Below are positions 47,866 to 57,771 of a stretch of 64,000 bases of DNA, one piece after another (positions within the stretch are counted from its first letter, which is position 1; each line of letters starts with the position of its first letter). The position numbers were made by a program, and so were the translations under genes. Origin of the DNA: a virus; IMG/VR virus record IMGVR_UViG_3300031227_000018, positions 45,219 to 109,218 of that record. The stretch is one strand, 5' to 3'. A model generated the notes under the pieces. That model saw nothing but the letters and a program-made list of their open reading frames with translations. It searched no databases and was not told the origin of the DNA.

Positions 47866-48291
47866 GTGAAAAAAGAAAAAATAGAGGAAATTTTAGAAGA
47901 TGTTAATGCACCGAATTCTGTTTTTAATGTTGTGACTTCAGATATTTGGTTGTCTGAAATGGGGTATTTGACAGAAAATTACCTAAAGGGTTCGTTGAAA
48001 TTGATTCGATTGATTGATAGGGGGGTTAAAAGATGTGAATTAGATTATGATAAAGGAAAGAATCTGATTAAGTGTACTTTGAAATTGTCTTGGTTTTCTT
48101 ATTGGTTCAGAAGAAGTAAGCTCTATAATAAAATACTTATTTTTTGTGAGAATAATTTTGTTGAACAAGATGTTGATTTGAAATTTATGAGGTATAAAAA
48201 AGAAAGCTATGAAAGAACTCAAAGAAAAAAACGAAAAGAAAAAGAAGCAGAGGGGACGCCCCAAGGGGAGTCTGGGAGCTCTGTCGAATGA
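47866..48291 (+). CDS. Hypothetical protein
   Basis: Contiguous ORF with GTG start after GGGGG. Confidence 0.55.
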   Translation: MKKEKIEEILEDVNAPNSVFNVVTSDIWLSEMGYLTENYLKGSLKLIRLIDRGVKRCELDYDKGKNLIKCTLKLSWFSYWFRRSKLYNKILIFCENNFVEQDVDLKFMRYKKESYERTQRKKRKEKEAEGTPQGESGSSVE

Positions 48292-48973
48292 GATAACACC
48301 ACAATTTGCTGAAGAATTGTTTAGGTTGTGGCTTAACGGCAAAACTCTGCATGATATTGTGCATCTTTATATGGGTGCGAATAATCGTCGTCCTCAGTTC
48401 AGTTTGGTTAAATTGCAGAGTGTTTATAGGGAATATAAGTGGGAAGAGAGAAGAAAAGGTATTGTAAAAGAAATTATGGAAGCGAGTGATAAGCAGATTA
48501 TCATGGATAAGCATAAGCAGTTGGTTGCTTTATCTATGATGTTGGAAATAAACACTCGTAAGATAGAGGAAGTTTATAAAGAATATGTGATCGATCCAAA
48601 GAAATTTTTTAATAAAATTGAGAAAGATAAAAAAAGTAAAAAGGGTAAAAATAGTGGTCACTTTTTGTGTGTTGTTGATTCCATGGAAGAATTGAAATCA
48701 CTTTTTGATTATTATAAGAAAATAACTTCTCCAGAAATGGCAGAAAATGGTGTGGTCACTCCTGGACTTTCATTTGTTCAACAGAATGTGATGCTTCCTC
48801 AGCAGAACAATACAGTTAACAATAATGTTCAAATAAGAGACAATAAATTGTGCTTAGATAACCCTGAAATAAGAGGACAGTTTTTTAATTTAATAAAGAA
48901 TATAGCTGATTTGCGTGCTAATGGGGAATCTGAGAAAGAACCTTTGTTGTTGGAAGATAAAGATGACAGATGA
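48209..48973 (+). CDS. Probable terminase small subunit
   Basis: Directly upstream of the large terminase; AT-hook RGRPKG, HTH-like region, YKWEERR, N/Q-rich strand. Confidence 0.55.
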   Translation: MKELKEKNEKKKKQRGRPKGSLGALSNEITPQFAEELFRLWLNGKTLHDIVHLYMGANNRRPQFSLVKLQSVYREYKWEERRKGIVKEIMEASDKQIIMDKHKQLVALSMMLEINTRKIEEVYKEYVIDPKKFFNKIEKDKKSKKGKNSGHFLCVVDSMEELKSLFDYYKKITSPEMAENGVVTPGLSFVQQNVMLPQQNNTVNNNVQIRDNKLCLDNPEIRGQFFNLIKNIADLRANGESEKEPLLLEDKDDR

Positions 48974-50828
48974 TTTAGCTAAAATGTTTTCTGAGGCTGA
49001 AGATCCATTTTTAATGGGTTTTGAAGAAATTCCCAAGACAAGGGAAGAGCTGGACAGTTATTTGAGGTTTTATTTTGGTGTTTATCTAGCTTCCAAACCT
49101 ATTGAAGATGGGAACTCTTCTCCGTTAGATTTTGCGTGGGACATCATAAGTTCGATGATGGGGTATAAAAAGAACCCAAAATTAGAAGATTTTAATTTTT
49201 TGGGTATTGCTTGTCGATCAGGTCAAAAATCTTTGTCTTGTGGAATAATTGAGGCATTTGCTCTTAAGCATGATAGGTGGCGGGACTATTTTCACATGGC
49301 TTCGATTTTTGATCAATCAAAAGTCACTTATGGATATGTTCAAGATATTTTAAATAAAAAATATGTTGATGCAGTGGCTGTTAAAACTGTAATGAGTGAA
49401 ACTATTAGTAAAAGTGGGAGAAAATTAAAAGTTGGAACAGGAACAATTCGTGCAGTTAACTCTTTCCATGGTAGCGTCATTCAAGATGAAGTTGATTTGA
49501 CAGATAAAAAGGTGTTTATTGAGTCAAAAGGTATGTTGTCTCCAGGTGTTGGAAATAGGAGTCCATTGAATGTTTGTATAAGTACACGTAAATTTGCGTT
49601 TGGTAATATTCAGGGTTTACTTAAGAAGAAAGAAAGGGATTCTGATTATCCGCTGAGAGTGCATCGGTGGGGTGTATTAGAAATAACAGAAAAGTGTTCT
49701 GATAAAAAATCTGGAGAATTGAATAGCGAGCTTTATGTTGATGAAGAAAGGTTGGTGGCATTAAATCAATTTGAGTATGAACGGTTGACTGAAAAAGCAA
49801 AACTTGAATACATGCACTACCCAGCTTATGAAAATTGTTATAAATGCGGTATTTTTTCATTTTGTTTGAGGAGATTGAAAAATCAAATAGAAGATAACCC
49901 ATATTTACAACCTATTGACGATATAAGGAGACTTTTTTTTACTGATGATAACGAATTTTTTAAATCTCAAAGATTGAATAGAAAACCGTCAAAGTCGGGT
50001 TTAGTTTATCCAGATTTTGAATCGTCCATTCACCTTGCTTCTTATGAGAAAATATATGAAATTTTTTTAAAGGAAGAGTATACAGGGGAGGTTGATCTTG
50101 AATTGGAAGATATGATTGAGTTGTTTAAGAAGCACAAATGCAAAGTGTTTGTTGGTTTGGATTTTGGTTTTAATGTGTCGGTGGCGTTGTTAGGCGTGGT
50201 AGACGGTCGTGACAATATTTATATATTAGCAGAGTTGGTTTGTAATTTCAAGTCCGACGCTGAATTTGCTTATGAAACAAATATGAAGTGGGGGCATTTA
50301 GGTGTTGATAGGGTTTTCCCTGATATTGAAGATCCAGGTGCTATAAAAGAATTTAAGAGATACTTTCAAGTTGTTGATGCTGATGTACAGCCATATTCTA
50401 GGATATCAAAGGATGTAAAATGGGGTATTGGATTAGTTAGAAAGCATATGAGAGTCCCTGGTACGAATAGAGAGACTAAGTTGTGGGTACACGTTTCTTG
50501 CGAATTAGTGACTGATGAAGTTATAATTTATCGCCGTAAAATAGACCCTGAATTAGATGAACCAAGTGATCAAATTAGAAAAAAAGAAGATCATGCGATG
50601 GATACATTGCGTTATCTTATTGTTGGGATATTAGGGATGTACAGAGTTGGTTATATTTTAATTGAAAATGAAAAACCTGTTTCTAAAAAGATCTATTCTG
50701 GAGAAAACCCTAATAATATTGTTCCTTCTGTGGATGAGGTGGTGTCTGCTGCTGGCGGAATAATGGGTGAAGTTGGTCTTGATAGTGGAAAAATCGTAGG
50801 GAAAAGGGCGAAATTCACTCTGACATAA
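48963..50828 (+). CDS. Terminase large subunit
   Basis: Variant Walker A CRSGQKS, Walker B IQDEVD, GLVYPDF, VGLDFG, EDHAMDTLRY. Confidence 0.85.
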   Translation: MTDDLAKMFSEAEDPFLMGFEEIPKTREELDSYLRFYFGVYLASKPIEDGNSSPLDFAWDIISSMMGYKKNPKLEDFNFLGIACRSGQKSLSCGIIEAFALKHDRWRDYFHMASIFDQSKVTYGYVQDILNKKYVDAVAVKTVMSETISKSGRKLKVGTGTIRAVNSFHGSVIQDEVDLTDKKVFIESKGMLSPGVGNRSPLNVCISTRKFAFGNIQGLLKKKERDSDYPLRVHRWGVLEITEKCSDKKSGELNSELYVDEERLVALNQFEYERLTEKAKLEYMHYPAYENCYKCGIFSFCLRRLKNQIEDNPYLQPIDDIRRLFFTDDNEFFKSQRLNRKPSKSGLVYPDFESSIHLASYEKIYEIFLKEEYTGEVDLELEDMIELFKKHKCKVFVGLDFGFNVSVALLGVVDGRDNIYILAELVCNFKSDAEFAYETNMKWGHLGVDRVFPDIEDPGAIKEFKRYFQVVDADVQPYSRISKDVKWGIGLVRKHMRVPGTNRETKLWVHVSCELVTDEVIIYRRKIDPELDEPSDQIRKKEDHAMDTLRYLIVGILGMYRVGYILIENEKPVSKKIYSGENPNNIVPSVDEVVSAAGGIMGEVGLDSGKIVGKRAKFTLT

Positions 50829-50835
50829 GTGTGGG

Positions 50836-50865
50836 TAAAAGTTTTTAGTTGAATAAAGTATACTT
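50836..50865 (+). promoter_or_regulatory. Candidate late promoter TAAAAGTTTTT-N12-TATACTT
   Basis: Matches the 14927-14956 motif; precedes the portal operon. Confidence 0.4.
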
Positions 50866-50886
50866 ATTGAAATAAAGGAGATTGAT

Positions 50887-51273
50887 ATGACACTGCATTT
50901 TACTTTGTTAAATAAGATAACAGCTTATGAAGATACAACTGCTACGGATTTTCCAAAAGAAGTGATATTGGATTATCAAAAGGAAATAGAGAAAGACTAC
51001 ACTCAGTACGCTTCTGAGAATACTACGAAGGTTGCAGCATTATCAACAAAAGTCATTGAGTTACCTGCATCACCGAGTAATCTTTTGTATGTTTTAACCG
51101 ATACAGAGATTTCTATTCGATTAAATGGTGAAGTTGATAACAACAATTTGTTGGCTCCGAGCGTGCAAGGGGTAAAAAATGGCATTTTTGTTAAAAGAGG
51201 GGCGTTCACTTCTTTGTCTTTTAATAATGCTACATCTGATGATGCGAATGTATCGTATTTTATAGGAGTTTAA
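50887..51273 (+). CDS. Small beta-rich putative virion protein
   Basis: SD AAGGAG; beta-strand pattern; upstream of portal. Confidence 0.5.
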   Translation: MTLHFTLLNKITAYEDTTATDFPKEVILDYQKEIEKDYTQYASENTTKVAALSTKVIELPASPSNLLYVLTDTEISIRLNGEVDNNNLLAPSVQGVKNGIFVKRGAFTSLSFNNATSDDANVSYFIGV

Positions 51274-51275
51274 AT

Positions 51276-53018
51276 ATGTCAAATTTTTATGAAAGAAATA
51301 AGGGTATGGGGAAAAAGGTTGGCCAGTTGGTTAATCATGTAGTGGATGGTTGGCTTTTGAAAGCTAAAAGAACTCTTGATTATACCAATTACATGACATT
51401 AAAGCGTAAAGCTGTTTATGTCAATGATAGTTTTATCACTAATCAGGGGATTTTTCAGGAAAAAGCCAGTATCATTCCTTTTGATATCTTACGTCAGGTT
51501 GCCCAAAGAGATATGGCTGCATTGGCTGTTATAAATAAAGTTGTAAATCGTGTAGCTGCATTTTCTAGACCTCAAAAGGATAGGTTTAGTATGGGATATG
51601 TTTTTGCACCAAGGGATAAAAAAGAAAAATTGACTGAAAAACAAGATAAAGAAATTAAAGGGTTGTATGATTTTTTTACTTACACGGGTTATACAGACGG
51701 TAGAGATAAAGCGGATATACGCAATTTTGATGTTTTTTTACGATTGTTGACATGGGATTCGTTGGTTTACAATCAAATTGCAATAGAATGTGTGGCTCAA
51801 AAAGGTGATGATAGTAAGTTGGGATATTTTACAAATGTTCCTGGAGGTTCCATTCGTTATTCTGTAAAAGATTTGAAGAATAAAATTAAAACTCTTGGTG
51901 GAATGATATTCAATCTTGATAACAGTCCTGAGAGACAATTAGTTGTGGATGATATGGAGAAAGAAGATCTTGCTGACATTAAGTATGTGCAGGTCTATAG
52001 TGGTCAAGTTTTAGCTGTTTTCACTGAAGAAGAGTTAATTTACAAGAGTAGGAGGCCTAGCCTTGAAATTGGATGTCAGGGGTATCCTGTTGGTGAATTG
52101 GAATTTTTAGTCAACACTATTGCGAATCATCGTGTAGCAGAAATTCACAATGAAGTTTATTTTAAACAAGGTCACTCTTCAAATGGTATTTTGAACATTA
52201 AAGAAGAGATGACTGAAGAAGATTTACAGGGTCTTAGGGTTTTGTTGCAGAGGCAAGCCAGCGGTGTTAGGAATGCCCATCGACAATTAGTGACAGCTGC
52301 CCCTAAAGGCATTGAGTATGTTCAAATGTCAAATTTGTCTAATCGTGATATGGAGTGGCATGAATGGATGATGTATTTGATTAAAATGATTTGTGCTGTG
52401 TTTGGTATGAATCCTGCTGAAATTAATTTTGATATATCAAAAGATACAACAGGTTCGTTGGGTGACAGTGGAAGAAGAAATGAGATAGTTCTTAAGGATA
52501 CTCGAAATAGTATGTTACGTCCACTTTTGAATTGGATTGAGGATATTATAAATGATGATATAATGCCTAAGCATGATAAAGATTTGGCTGAAAAGTATAT
52601 ATTTGAATTTGTTGGTTTGGATGCAATGGATGAAGATCAAGAGTTGGATAGAATAAAGAAAAAAATTACTGCCATTTACACTATCAATGAAGTCAGAAGA
52701 GAGCTTGGCATGGAAGATTTGGAAGGTGGAAATATTATATTGGATTCTATATTTTTACAAGGGAAACAGCAAGATCAAATGGGTGAAGAAGGTGATGTGG
52801 GTGGAGATTTATTTGGTGGTGGAGATCCGGAGGATGAAGAAACGGGTTTGGGGGGTGAAGAAGAAATGGCAACTGAAGAGGAAAAGGTTTCGGATGAGGG
52901 TGTGGATTTGGGTGATGTTTTTGGTGAAGATAAAGATAAAGCTAAAAAATCTTTGGAGAAAGCAAAAAAAATGGAGATGAAGAAAGCAAAAGCAATTCGA
53001 GTGGAGTGGTGGAGATAA
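51276..53018 (+). CDS. Portal protein
   Basis: YVQV, GYP..ELE, YFKQG...GIL, DMEW.EW..YL...ICAVFGMNPAEI, LRPLL, TINEVR..LG..L.GG. Confidence 0.92.
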   Translation: MSNFYERNKGMGKKVGQLVNHVVDGWLLKAKRTLDYTNYMTLKRKAVYVNDSFITNQGIFQEKASIIPFDILRQVAQRDMAALAVINKVVNRVAAFSRPQKDRFSMGYVFAPRDKKEKLTEKQDKEIKGLYDFFTYTGYTDGRDKADIRNFDVFLRLLTWDSLVYNQIAIECVAQKGDDSKLGYFTNVPGGSIRYSVKDLKNKIKTLGGMIFNLDNSPERQLVVDDMEKEDLADIKYVQVYSGQVLAVFTEEELIYKSRRPSLEIGCQGYPVGELEFLVNTIANHRVAEIHNEVYFKQGHSSNGILNIKEEMTEEDLQGLRVLLQRQASGVRNAHRQLVTAAPKGIEYVQMSNLSNRDMEWHEWMMYLIKMICAVFGMNPAEINFDISKDTTGSLGDSGRRNEIVLKDTRNSMLRPLLNWIEDIINDDIMPKHDKDLAEKYIFEFVGLDAMDEDQELDRIKKKITAIYTINEVRRELGMEDLEGGNIILDSIFLQGKQQDQMGEEGDVGGDLFGGGDPEDEETGLGGEEEMATEEEKVSDEGVDLGDVFGEDKDKAKKSLEKAKKMEMKKAKAIRVEWWR

Positions 53019-53019
53019 T

Positions 53020-53238
53020 ATGGCAATTGTTAAGATTAAACTTGAAAAAGGTGAATGCATTCACGATGTCAAAGAACGGTTAAGTAAGGCGTTAAGTGAT
53101 GATATAGTCAATTTATCGAAGGAATCTTATAATGATCCATTGATGGAAGGTTTGATGGAAGAAGCAGAGAAGGATTTTTCAAAAATTTATTTGAGTATGA
53201 TGAAAGAAATTGTGGGGATATTGAAGGATGAAGTTTAA
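53020..53238 (+). CDS. Hypothetical protein
   Basis: Translationally coupled to portal. Confidence 0.55.
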   Translation: MAIVKIKLEKGECIHDVKERLSKALSDDIVNLSKESYNDPLMEGLMEEAEKDFSKIYLSMMKEIVGILKDEV

Positions 53239-53332
53239 TGAAAAAGGGTTCAAAAATATAATATGCTTGAAGAAACTAAAGTTTAGGTTTTTAAGAATAA
53301 ATGCAACCACTAAAGACACTGTGAAAGTGTAA
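53238..53332 (+). pseudogene. Second homing-endonuclease relic
   Basis: MKKGSKI* start plus, in another frame, FRFLRIN...V*; TTTAGRTTTTTAAGAATAAATG shared with 26168-26189. Confidence 0.45.
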
Positions 53333-53334
53333 TT

Positions 53335-54219
53335 ATGATTATATCTGATGAAATTAAAGAAAAAATATTTGATGTAATAGACAGCCATTTCAATGGTATT
53401 TTGATAAAGATGGGAGGTAGGGGTGCATTGAGTAGGGAGCAGATTGAAGAGTTGATACAGCGAGGTATTTATTCGTTGGAAATTCCAGTAGGGTTGGTTG
53501 AGGATGCGTATTACATCGGACGTCTGAGACCCACTGTGAAACTTCCAGATGCGGTAATAGATGACATACGACTCGCTAAGTTGGCATTGCCAATGTCAGA
53601 CACTGAAAATTATGCGTTGAAATATGTGAAAGAATCTGTCGGTGAATACGTAACTAAGTTACAGAATAATTTTAAGACCACTGTATCTCAAATTATTGGT
53701 AAACAAAATCTTATGTATAGAAACAAGATTTTAACGGAAATTGTTCGTCCCACAATTGTTAGTGGAATAATCAAGAGAAAAACGGTTGGGGCAGTTGCTT
53801 CAGAATTAAGAGATAAGACAAAAGATATGTTTCGAGATTGGCAGAGGGTGGCCGAAACTGAAATGACTAATGCAGTAAATTACGGTGCTTATGATGCTAT
53901 TGTTAGGCAAAGTGAGGAAAAGGGTGAGAAGTTGAAAGATGTTTATGTTGCGAAAATTGTGGTGATGGACAATGCTTTGTGTCCTCATTGTAGAAAGTTT
54001 TTTGTTAGTGGAGATGGGTCACCAAAAGTTTATCCTCTCTCGGAATTGCAGGCGAATGGGGATAATTATGGTAGGAAAGCTGTAGATTGGAAACCTGTAA
54101 TCGGTTCGGTTCATCCTCGGTGTCGTTGTCAATTAGTGCACATTCAAACAGGTTGGCAATTTGAGCCTGGCACTCAAGAGCTTCAGTTTGTTGGAGTGGG
54201 AAAAGAAAATTATAAGTAA
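53335..54219 (+). CDS. MuF/SPP1 gp7-like head morphogenesis protein
   Basis: RDWQRVAETE, ALCPHC, HPRCRC. Confidence 0.85.
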   Translation: MIISDEIKEKIFDVIDSHFNGILIKMGGRGALSREQIEELIQRGIYSLEIPVGLVEDAYYIGRLRPTVKLPDAVIDDIRLAKLALPMSDTENYALKYVKESVGEYVTKLQNNFKTTVSQIIGKQNLMYRNKILTEIVRPTIVSGIIKRKTVGAVASELRDKTKDMFRDWQRVAETEMTNAVNYGAYDAIVRQSEEKGEKLKDVYVAKIVVMDNALCPHCRKFFVSGDGSPKVYPLSELQANGDNYGRKAVDWKPVIGSVHPRCRCQLVHIQTGWQFEPGTQELQFVGVGKENYK

Positions 54220-54256
54220 AATAGTTTTTTATTTTTGTAAAAAAATAAAGTAAAAG
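54218..54256 (+). promoter_or_regulatory. Conserved phage promoter P6 (TTTATT-N17-TAAAAG)
   Basis: Motif copy; about 30 nt identical to P7. Confidence 0.75.
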
Positions 54257-54265
54257 GAAGGTACT

Positions 54266-54862
54266 ATGAAATTACAACAAAAATTAAAACAGATTCAGCA
54301 CAAAATAGATTTAGTTAAATTGTATAAGCTAGTTGAATCATGGTCTAAATTCCCGATACATTTTCCTGATGAAATTGATGAGAAAGTTGCGAAAGAAGTG
54401 GTTGATGCATTGGTTATTTTTGCCAAAGAGAAGATCAGAGAAATAGAAAGTGAAGAAGATATGTTGGGTGAAGAAGGTGTTGTGGGCGATGAAAAAATAA
54501 GGTTTTATGATTTTTCTTCGAGAGAAATCTTTTGTCTTAAGAAGTTGGCTGAAAAATTGGTGGGATTATCTTCGGAAGATGATACGAAAAAAGGTGGGGC
54601 GGTTGAAGAAAAGAAAAAAAAGCGGGGAAGACCTAAAAAAGATGGTAAAAAAGATGGTAAAAAAGATGAAATTGATAACAGTCGATTCAAGGGTCTTACA
54701 GTTAAGTTGATATCTTTAAGCAACCTTAATCCTAGTGTTGCTGAGAGACCAGTATGTGCGTATGATTTATGTAAAGTGATAGGTGTTAATCATGATATTT
54801 TAACCATTCAACATCAGTCGACGGGCGATGTATTTGACGTCCCTGTGGAGGATGTAGAATAA
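54266..54862 (+). CDS. Hypothetical protein with AT-hook and SH3-like C-terminus
   Basis: KKRGRPKK; C-terminal beta-barrel pattern. Confidence 0.55.
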   Translation: MKLQQKLKQIQHKIDLVKLYKLVESWSKFPIHFPDEIDEKVAKEVVDALVIFAKEKIREIESEEDMLGEEGVVGDEKIRFYDFSSREIFCLKKLAEKLVGLSSEDDTKKGGAVEEKKKKRGRPKKDGKKDGKKDEIDNSRFKGLTVKLISLSNLNPSVAERPVCAYDLCKVIGVNHDILTIQHQSTGDVFDVPVEDVE

Positions 54863-54885
54863 TTATTATCAGAAAAGGGGAAGCC

Positions 54886-55548
54886 ATGAAAAAAGGTTTT
54901 GATCCAAAAAAAGGCAGTGTAACTAATATTAGAAAACCATTAAAGGCTCAGACACCATCACCTTTTATGGATCTTAGTACTGCGGTGAAAAATGAGGTAA
55001 ATAAAACTGCTGGTGTTTTAATTCAGCAAGTCAGCATTCTCAGTCGTGCGAATTCTTTGTTCAGGCAGTCGCTTGAGGTTTTGCAGACAAGTGTTGATGT
55101 TTTGAAAAGACGTTTGAATGAAAAAGGTATTTTAAGCGAGGAGGAATATCAGAAAGGGTTCGCCATCTGTTATTCTGACCTTCAATTGGCGAAGATGAAA
55201 ATCAACGAAGAGGCGTTAGATGGTAGGGATGGCGTTCAGGACAGTGATTTAGAGGCAGAAGATGGTGATGTTGTTATAATGAAGTATGAGGCTCATATAA
55301 ATGATGAAGAGTTTGAAGCGAATAAAGCTGACTATTATAGGCTCAAAATTGGTGGTCCGGAGAGTTGGACAGAACTTGGTGCATCTTTGATAGGTAAGAA
55401 GAAGGGCGAAAAGTATTCAATTAACTTTAAGTTTCCCGATAATGAGATTCGTAAGGACATAGCAGGGAAAGAGGCAATATTTGATGTTGAAGTTTTAAAA
55501 GTTAAAAAGAAAATAAAAGTTGAGGGTGACAATGAGAGTGGTAATTAA
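54886..55548 (+). CDS. Trigger-factor-type FKBP domain protein with N-terminal coiled coil
   Basis: AEDGDVVIMKYE..F..L.IG..LIGKKKGE...F.FP.....IAGKEAIFDVEVLKVK. Confidence 0.8.
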   Translation: MKKGFDPKKGSVTNIRKPLKAQTPSPFMDLSTAVKNEVNKTAGVLIQQVSILSRANSLFRQSLEVLQTSVDVLKRRLNEKGILSEEEYQKGFAICYSDLQLAKMKINEEALDGRDGVQDSDLEAEDGDVVIMKYEAHINDEEFEANKADYYRLKIGGPESWTELGASLIGKKKGEKYSINFKFPDNEIRKDIAGKEAIFDVEVLKVKKKIKVEGDNESGN

Positions 55549-56671
55549 CAGAAAAGATTTGTTATCTGTTCTTGGGGAATTGAATAAAATAACAGTTGGT
55601 AAGGCTAGGAATTTGATTTCAAAGTGTACGACTTTTTCAATCAATGACAATAAGATTGAGTTGTTTGCAGGAAATGCAAGGGTTTATAGAGAGTTTACTC
55701 TTGATTGTGTGGAAAGCGACATTCACAGTTTTTCTTTTTGTGTATTGACTGATCTGTTGTTACGATTTTTAAGATTTTGTAGAAATGAAGAGGTTGTTTT
55801 TGAAATAGATACTCGAACAAAGATGTGCGTCATTAAGGAGGATAACACTGAGTTTTTGGTTTATTTTTTTGAATTGGAAAGTTTTTCAAATTTTAATCAA
55901 AAAAATAAAAAGGAAGGGTTGTCATGTTGGATTAAGAATGACTTATTCAAAGATGTGGTCAGTTCTGTAATTTCCATTATTGGTGATGATTATGGTTTTG
56001 ATTGTGTGAAGTTTGATTTTGGTGAAACTATCAAAATAATTTGCACTGATGGTGAGAGGATGAATTGTGGTGTAGTAAAAGATATTATGCATTTTGATTT
56101 TGATGGTACCGTTAGTTTTACATTATCATTAAAGAATGTCAATGATATGTTGAATTTTTTGAATTTTTGTAAGAATGACAGTTTGTTGAGAGTGATTGTT
56201 CATGACAATCAAATTGAACTTTATAATGAACAAAATTGTTGTAAAATAAAGTTTTGTGATGACTCGAATTGTTTTTTGTCGTTTGATGACCTTTCTTTTA
56301 AGTATCGGGAAGAGTTCGGCAAGATGATGCTAAACTGTGATGATTTTTATCGTATGTTGAAGAGGTTCTCTATTCTATATGAAAAAGGGTTTTCGAAAGT
56401 GGTATTTGGTATGGAAAGATGCAGGTTGCAAGCCAAGATCAATCATCGAGCCTATGGGAGTATTAGTGATTCTATTCCTGCAATTTATAATTCTAAGACA
56501 AGTCCGGTGTACATTGGGTTAAATCCTTATTATTTAATGGATGCAATTAAAAAGAGTGTGGGTAAAGGGGTAACATTATACTATAGAGACAATCATTCCC
56601 CTGTTGTTTTTGATTGTTGTAAAGAAGATTATGAAACATTTTCTTTAATCATGCCAATGCAAGTGAGTTAA
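55532..56671 (+). CDS. dnaN: DnaN-like beta sliding clamp (divergent)
   Basis: ~380 aa; INRKDLL..L, TDGERM, IGLNPYYLMDAI, SPV, LIMPM. Confidence 0.85.
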   Translation: MRVVINRKDLLSVLGELNKITVGKARNLISKCTTFSINDNKIELFAGNARVYREFTLDCVESDIHSFSFCVLTDLLLRFLRFCRNEEVVFEIDTRTKMCVIKEDNTEFLVYFFELESFSNFNQKNKKEGLSCWIKNDLFKDVVSSVISIIGDDYGFDCVKFDFGETIKIICTDGERMNCGVVKDIMHFDFDGTVSFTLSLKNVNDMLNFLNFCKNDSLLRVIVHDNQIELYNEQNCCKIKFCDDSNCFLSFDDLSFKYREEFGKMMLNCDDFYRMLKRFSILYEKGFSKVVFGMERCRLQAKINHRAYGSISDSIPAIYNSKTSPVYIGLNPYYLMDAIKKSVGKGVTLYYRDNHSPVVFDCCKEDYETFSLIMPMQVS

Positions 56672-56673
56672 TT

Positions 56674-57039
56674 ATGAAGACAAAAAAAAATTTTTGGGAA
56701 AGTTTATCTGTTTTTTCTTCTTTATCTGGAGTGAAGGAAGATATGAAAGATATTGAGAATAAGTTGAATGTTTTAAATGAAGACATTCAAGTAAAGAATA
56801 AGATCATTGAGGTTTTTCAGACTCAGCTTTATAAACGCGAGAATATGTGGAAGAATATCGTAAATGAAAAGCAAGATATGATGGAAAAACAGGCTGAAAT
56901 TATCAATAATTTGGAGGGAACAGCTTTGATGTTTTACAATGTTTTGTATAAAATGAAAGATGTGGAGAGCGTGGAAGAGGTTGAAGATATTTTGGATAGT
57001 TACAGCATTGATTTTCAAGACATGCCTTTTGTTCAATGA
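56674..57039 (+). CDS. Coiled-coil hypothetical protein
   Basis: Coupled to dnaN; heptad pattern. Confidence 0.55.
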   Translation: MKTKKNFWESLSVFSSLSGVKEDMKDIENKLNVLNEDIQVKNKIIEVFQTQLYKRENMWKNIVNEKQDMMEKQAEIINNLEGTALMFYNVLYKMKDVESVEEVEDILDSYSIDFQDMPFVQ

Positions 57040-57142
57040 GTGAAGTGATTGATATTTAATGGTGTTTAAAGAAAGTTTAAAAAAAACTTTTTTTTTGTTT
57101 TCATTGAAGTATAGTATGTTAACTGACAATTGAAAGGGGGGA

Positions 57143-57547
57143 GTGATGGGGGCATCATGGAGATCTACTATACCAGTCGCGTTTTATAATTTCACACCAG
57201 TTGTATCGTTTGGCAAATGTAAAGAAGAGGTCGAGTTGGAGGATAGGAATCTATTTCTTGATATAGAAAAGATTCCGGATAATAAGTTGTATCGTTTTTG
57301 GGAGGGTTTTTGTATTGATAGAAGGTATTCTTATGTTATAGCGGAAGGGTCTTTAAAAGATGAAGTTCGATGTAGGCAGGTTGAAAGAAAAAGCAAGGAT
57401 ATGGGGAAAACTGTTGATCAATTCTTAGCTGGAAAACAAACTAAAAAAGGTCATAAAGATTACTCTATTGGATATCCGGATAAGATATTCGGGTTTTTCA
57501 GATTAGATCGTGATTTAGAATATCTTAAAGCTGATGAGACTTGTTAG
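57143..57547 (+). CDS. Hypothetical protein
   Basis: SD-like GGGGGAG; followed by a terminator. Confidence 0.55.
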   Translation: MMGASWRSTIPVAFYNFTPVVSFGKCKEEVELEDRNLFLDIEKIPDNKLYRFWEGFCIDRRYSYVIAEGSLKDEVRCRQVERKSKDMGKTVDQFLAGKQTKKGHKDYSIGYPDKIFGFFRLDRDLEYLKADETC

Positions 57548-57565
57548 TTTGATAAATGATTGAAT

Positions 57566-57596
57566 GAGGGACATATGTTTTTGTCCCTCTATTTTT
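57566..57596 (+). terminator. Intrinsic terminator
   Basis: GAGGGACA/TGTCCCTC stem followed by TATTTTT. Confidence 0.65.
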
Positions 57597-57627
57597 GTAT
57601 TGTGACTTTTAAAATATAGAAATTAGT

Positions 57628-57650
57628 GGGTATAAAAAAATAAAACATTT
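57628..57650. repeat. Dispersed intergenic repeat, copy 2
   Basis: 21/23 identical to 21879-21901; an IHF-like TAAGTATTTGATT lies at 57662-57674. Confidence 0.5.
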
Positions 57651-57696
57651 AGATATTGATGTAAGTATTTGATTTTGAAAGTATTTTTAATGACAT

Positions 57697-57743
57697 AAAA
57701 AAAGTAAAAAAAACCTTTTCTTTTGTGGTAAAATCAGTATAAT
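57697..57743 (+). promoter_or_regulatory. Candidate early promoter (A-tracts + perfect TATAAT)
   Basis: TATAAT at 57738-57743, upstream A-tracts, ahead of the small-ORF cluster; the -35 is poor. Confidence 0.45.
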
Positions 57744-57771
57744 AAGGTTATAAAAATAAAAGGGAGGTAAT

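Noticed and set aside
33076-50828. Inteins or introns in DnaB, DnaE, RecA or terminase
   Set aside because: Lengths are normal and no C/S...HN splice motifs or LAGLIDADG blocks were seen.
54634-54669. Short tandem repeat TAAAAAAGATGG
   Set aside because: It encodes a low-complexity KKDG linker inside ORF 54266; no sign of a separate function.
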